DNA of 64,000 bases. Origin: Planctomycetota bacterium (GTDB taxonomy: Bacteria > Planctomycetota > GCA-002687715 > CAIWVZ01). Positions within the stretch are counted from its first letter, which is position 1, and each line of letters opens with the position of its first letter. The notes under the pieces were generated by a model. That model saw only the letters and a program-made list of their open reading frames with translations, was not told the DNA's origin and did no database searches. This document shows positions 60,285 through 64,000 of this stretch, in pieces. A program made the position numbers and the translations under genes. The stretch spans positions 480,001 through 544,000 of the forward strand of contig JBGANV010000003.1 in the NCBI GenBank assembly GCA_044222185.1, read 5' to 3'.

Positions 60285-61528
60285 CGCCGGGCTCCCGACA
60301 CCAGCCGGAGCAGCTCGTCGCGAAACGCGAACACGGGGATCGTCACCGCCGATGGCCACACGTCGACGGATCCCTCGATCACCAGAGCTCCACCGAGCCC
60401 CGTGCCCGAGCTCGCGATCCGTCCCACGCCGACGACGAGGTCGGCGGGCACAAGGCCCTGGCCGCCGGCGGTGAGCAACAGCACGGGCATGGCCTCGAAC
60501 GGCGGCTGAACGCCACCGACGAACTCGAAGACGCCGATACCCTTCGACCGCAGCATCGTGCGTCCGACCCGATCGTCGCTTCCAATCCAGCGCACGGAGA
60601 CCTCGTGCCCTGGATCGTGCAGACGCGAGCACAGCGCGAGCGGCCCCGCCGTCCGCACGACGCGTCCGAGGTATCGATCGTGTGCATGCACGGCCGACCC
60701 TTCGACCACGTCGGCGATCGTCGCGCCGGTGACGATGGCGCCGACGCCTTCCGCGGGCCCGTCGATCGCCATCACGGACGGGTCACCCTCGAAGAGGTTC
60801 TCCGTCGCGAGGTTCTTCGCGTAGGGAAGCGAAACGAACCCCACGTCTTCGGGCCGTGCCGACAGCTCGGTTCTGGGCTTTGGTCCGCGCTCGACGACGT
60901 GCGCGACGGACACGTTGCGCGGCGTCGCACGGTCGCCGTCCCCGCCGAACGTGACGACGGCGTCGCCCACGGCGAAACCCTCGAGCAGCGACCCCTGGGT
61001 GAGGTGCGTGCGCTCGCCGTCCCCCTCGTGGATCGCGTTCAGCCGCGACATCCCGCCCGGGAGTGCGGGACGGGACTCGGCCAGCGTGACGGCGACGCGC
61101 GTGCCCTTCGCCGAGAGCAGCGAGACGCGGGACAGGTGGGCCTCGATGCGATCCACGAATCCCACGAGCCCCGTGGGCGCGATGACCGGGTCACCGATGG
61201 AGACACCTTGGTCTCTGCCGCAGCCGACGACGACCTGCTGGCGATCGGACCGGTATTCCATCACCGGCACGAGCGTGTCGTGCGCGAGAGTGCCGCGGCG
61301 CTGCGCTTCCCACCACGCGAGCCGCGCGCGAACGTCGGGCCCGAGCTCGGCGACGGTTCCGGGCCGAGGGCGGTCGAGGGCGACGGTCGGCGCGAGGACG
61401 AGGTGGGCGATGCGGAGTCGCAGCCCTTCGGACTCCTCGCGAAAACCCAGGTGGGCTACGGCGACTGCGAACAGCGCGAGCGACGCGCGGGCGCTCGCCC
61501 GCAGGCCGCGGCCCTTCGTCGCCCACAC
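60281..61528 (-). CDS. mreC: Rod shape-determining protein MreC-like (apparently two MreC domains)
   Basis: G...GV.IGDPVI...GLVG.V......S.V.LL and GDAVVT motifs, with a second copy downstream. Follows mreB directly. Confidence 0.7.
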   Translation of the reverse strand: MWATKGRGLRASARASLALFAVAVAHLGFREESEGLRLRIAHLVLAPTVALDRPRPGTVAELGPDVRARLAWWEAQRRGTLAHDTLVPVMEYRSDRQQVVVGCGRDQGVSIGDPVIAPTGLVGFVDRIEAHLSRVSLLSAKGTRVAVTLAESRPALPGGMSRLNAIHEGDGERTHLTQGSLLEGFAVGDAVVTFGGDGDRATPRNVSVAHVVERGPKPRTELSARPEDVGFVSLPYAKNLATENLFEGDPSVMAIDGPAEGVGAIVTGATIADVVEGSAVHAHDRYLGRVVRTAGPLALCSRLHDPGHEVSVRWIGSDDRVGRTMLRSKGIGVFEFVGGVQPPFEAMPVLLLTAGGQGLVPADLVVGVGRIASSGTGLGGALVIEGSVDVWPSAVTIPVFAFRDELLRLVSGARR

Positions 61529-61529
61529 G

Positions 61530-62588
61530 TCAAACGTCCTCGGCCGTCTCCAGGATCTGCTTCAACAGATCGAGGTTGTCGAGGATGAAGCCCGTGCCGC
61601 GCGCGACGGCCGTGAGCGGGTCATCCGCGATCGTGACCGGCAGGTCGATGGCTTGCTGGATCCGCTTGTCGATGCCGCGCAGGAGCGCACCACCGCCGCA
61701 GACGTAGACGCCGCGATCGACGAGGTCGGCCGCCAACTCAGGCTCGGTGACCTCGAGCGTGGACTTCACGGCGGCGACGATCTGATCGAGCGGCTTCTGG
61801 AGCGCTTCGCGCACCTGCTCGGAGTTCAGCGCGACGGAACGCGGGAGACCGGACTTGTTGTCGCGCCCCTTCACCGTGAGTTCGAGTTCCTGTTCGAGGG
61901 GCACGGCGGAGCCGATGGCGATCTTGATGTGTTCGGCGGTCTGCGGGCCGATGAGCAGGTCGAATTTCGCCTTCATGTAGTCGACGATGGCTTCGTCGAG
62001 CTCGTCGCCGGCCGTGTCGATGCTCTTTTTCTCCACGATGCCCGCGAGGGAGAGCACGGCGACCTCCGTCGTGCCGCCACCGATGTCGACGACCATCGAT
62101 GCCGTCGGATCCTGCACCGGGAGCCCGATGCCGATCGCTGCCGCCATGGGTTCTTCGATCAGGAACACCCGCCGCGCGCCGGCGCGCTCCGCCGAGTGGA
62201 TGACGGCCTGCTTCTCGACCTGCGTGATGCCCGAGGGGATCGCGATGACGACACGCGGGTTCGCGAACATCCGGCGCGCACCCTGCACGCGGTGGATGAA
62301 GTACCGCAGCATGGCCTCGCAGATCTCGAAGTCCGCGATGACGCCATCCTTCATGGGACGGATCGCGCTGATGTTGCCCGGCGTCTTGCCCAACATCTCC
62401 TTGGCGCGCATGCCGACGGCCATGCCGTTGAGAAGCACCTGGTTGGTGCCTTTGCGGACGGCGACCACGGACGGCTCCGACAGGATGACGCCGCGTCCCG
62501 GCACGCAAACGAGCGTGTTCGCCGTTCCCAGGTCGATTCCCATGTCGACTGAGAACATCCCGATGATCCGGTCCAACCAGCGCATCAT
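61530..62588 (-). CDS. mreB: Rod shape-determining protein MreB
   Basis: GIDLGTANT, EPSVVA, EEPMAAAIG, VDIGGGTTE and GGGALL motifs. Confidence 0.97.
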   Translation of the reverse strand: MMRWLDRIIGMFSVDMGIDLGTANTLVCVPGRGVILSEPSVVAVRKGTNQVLLNGMAVGMRAKEMLGKTPGNISAIRPMKDGVIADFEICEAMLRYFIHRVQGARRMFANPRVVIAIPSGITQVEKQAVIHSAERAGARRVFLIEEPMAAAIGIGLPVQDPTASMVVDIGGGTTEVAVLSLAGIVEKKSIDTAGDELDEAIVDYMKAKFDLLIGPQTAEHIKIAIGSAVPLEQELELTVKGRDNKSGLPRSVALNSEQVREALQKPLDQIVAAVKSTLEVTEPELAADLVDRGVYVCGGGALLRGIDKRIQQAIDLPVTIADDPLTAVARGTGFILDNLDLLKQILETAEDV

Positions 62589-62722
62589 GCGCTCGCAACC
62601 TCCCCGTCACCGGTCCTTCGGGCACCCCTGGAAAAGAGACAACCCGGAACAGGCGTCCCGGGTTGTATCAAACAAGCATCAGTGATGAACCCGCAGTTCG
62701 CGGCATTCGTCACTGGCGTCAG

Positions 62723-62899
62723 TCATGGCCACGAGGCCGCGTACCACTTGCCCATCGCGCGCTCGGCGATCACGATCGCGAGCAGGAGGAGCACGGTCGT
62801 CAGGATGACGATGCCGCTGGTCATCCCCTTGGCGTTGTCCTCTGACATCGCCATGGCCCCGCCCTGGTCCATGTCCTGGTCGTCCATTTCGTCTGCCAT
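62723..62899 (-). CDS. Small acidic single-TM protein
   Basis: MADEMDDQDMD... followed by a hydrophobic helix (IVILTTVLLLLAIVIA). Confidence 0.6.
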   Translation of the reverse strand: MADEMDDQDMDQGGAMAMSEDNAKGMTSGIVILTTVLLLLAIVIAERAMGKWYAASWP

Positions 62900-62965
62900 C
62901 GTTTTGTCTCGTTTGGTTGGACTGGGTCGGGTGGCCCATGTGGGCTCACCCAAGCACAGGGTTGT

Positions 62966-63820
62966 TCAGTTCAGCGTGTTCAGGGCCAGGTCGCCGACCA
63001 TGACGGTCTCGCCCGGCTTCAGAACCTTGAGCGTGCCCGACGCCGTGTTCTCCGAGACGTTGTCGACCGACATGCGGCCGATGTAGCTCGAACCACGGAC
63101 GAGGTCGAACACGTACCCGCGGGAAACCTTGCGGTTCGCGCCCACGTTGACCTGGACGAGCTTCGTCGCCATGTCGACGCCGAGGACGCGGGCGTCAGAG
63201 ATGCTCTCCATGGCAACCATGCCGGAGAAGTCGATGCCCTGCTTGCGGGCGATCTCGATGAGGAGGTCAGCCTCGTGCTTGGCGTCGGCCAGCGCTTTGT
63301 GCTGCTTCTCGAGGTCCGCGAACTTGTTCTCGCCAGCGAGGATCGAGTCCTTCATCTTGGCGACTTCGGCGTTCGCCTTCCGCTCGTTGTCCTGCGCCGC
63401 GAGGATGTCCGTGCCGAGCTTCGTGTTCGCCTCGGTGAGCTTGGCGCGCTCATCCTGCATGCGCTTCATCGTCTCGTTCATGTCCGCGACGTTCTTGTTC
63501 GCGGCCGCGATCTGGGTGTCCTTGTCGGCGATCTGCGTCTTCAGAGTCTTGTTCTCTGAATCGAGCCGGCCGTTGGCGCCCTCGAAGTTCGAGGACTTCT
63601 CCTTCGTCGCAGTCAGGTCGCCGTTCAAGCGCTCGACTTCGCGCTTGGAGGCATTGAGCTGCTGTTCGAGGTTGGCCTTCTCGGCTGCACGATCTTTCAC
63701 CTCTTTCTCGTGCTTGCCCTTCCAGTCCGCCTGGTGACCCAGGAAGGCGCCCGCCACGCACATGAAGCCGGCGGCCAAGATGAGGTTCAAAACGACGAAC
63801 ACCCGCGCAATCTGGCTCAT
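62966..63820 (-). CDS. Membrane-anchored coiled-coil protein with C-terminal beta domain
   Basis: N-terminal TM, long heptad region and C-terminal V.VNVG..V..GY.F.LVRG..YIG. GGAGA SD upstream. Confidence 0.8.
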   Translation of the reverse strand: MSQIARVFVVLNLILAAGFMCVAGAFLGHQADWKGKHEKEVKDRAAEKANLEQQLNASKREVERLNGDLTATKEKSSNFEGANGRLDSENKTLKTQIADKDTQIAAANKNVADMNETMKRMQDERAKLTEANTKLGTDILAAQDNERKANAEVAKMKDSILAGENKFADLEKQHKALADAKHEADLLIEIARKQGIDFSGMVAMESISDARVLGVDMATKLVQVNVGANRKVSRGYVFDLVRGSSYIGRMSVDNVSENTASGTLKVLKPGETVMVGDLALNTLN

Positions 63821-63908
63821 GAATGTCTCCGTGGGAAACACCTCGCCACCCGTGCATCCCAATGCTCACGGGGTCCAGGACGTGGGCGTTTCCGATTCCG
63901 AGGCGTGG

Positions 63909-63936
63909 ATTGTAGGACTGGAGAAGGCTTTGTCAA
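63909..63936 (-). promoter_or_regulatory. Sigma70 promoter for the coiled-coil/mre gene cluster
   Basis: Minus strand TTGACA (63936-31), 16 nt spacer, TACAAT (63914-09). Confidence 0.7.
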
Positions 63937-64000
63937 CGCACCCAACTCGAAGGCAGGCTTGATCAGGTGGCGCGGATCCTACCACGCCACACGAGGAACA

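Overview
A GC-rich bacterial window, most likely from a Planctomycetota genome (inferred from ECF sigma/Ser-Thr kinase pairs, FG-GAP/Kelch/RCC1 secreted proteins and an mreBCD locus without adjacent pbp/rodA). From left to right it holds: (1) a complete yeh-type operon on the minus strand (DUF4132, MoxR AAA+, DUF5682, VWA, SWIM); (2) a four-domain secreted redoxin; (3) an accessory region (~14-41 kb) with BlaI/M56, ArsR/SRPBCC and Crp modules, two sigma-factor/kinase pairs, several large secreted proteins, and an IS that truncates an RCC1-repeat gene just downstream of tRNA-Pro(CGG); (4) a more core region with ahpC, fbp, moxR, guaD, a radical SAM gene and mreBCD. The main candidates for novelty are a ~370-nt structured intergenic RNA at ~45995-46361 (minus strand) whose motifs appear collinear with the Bacillota OLE RNA, and a shared ~120-aa C-terminal domain on unrelated secreted proteins that may be a lineage-specific sorting signal. 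Also notable are a trypsin-fold protein with Asp at the catalytic Ser position and an ECF sigma with acidic residues at the expected phospho-Thr site, next to a kinase frameshifted at a G8 run. Family assignments come from motif recognition by eye, with no database searches. Many start codons were re-chosen from the ORF track and are approximate.
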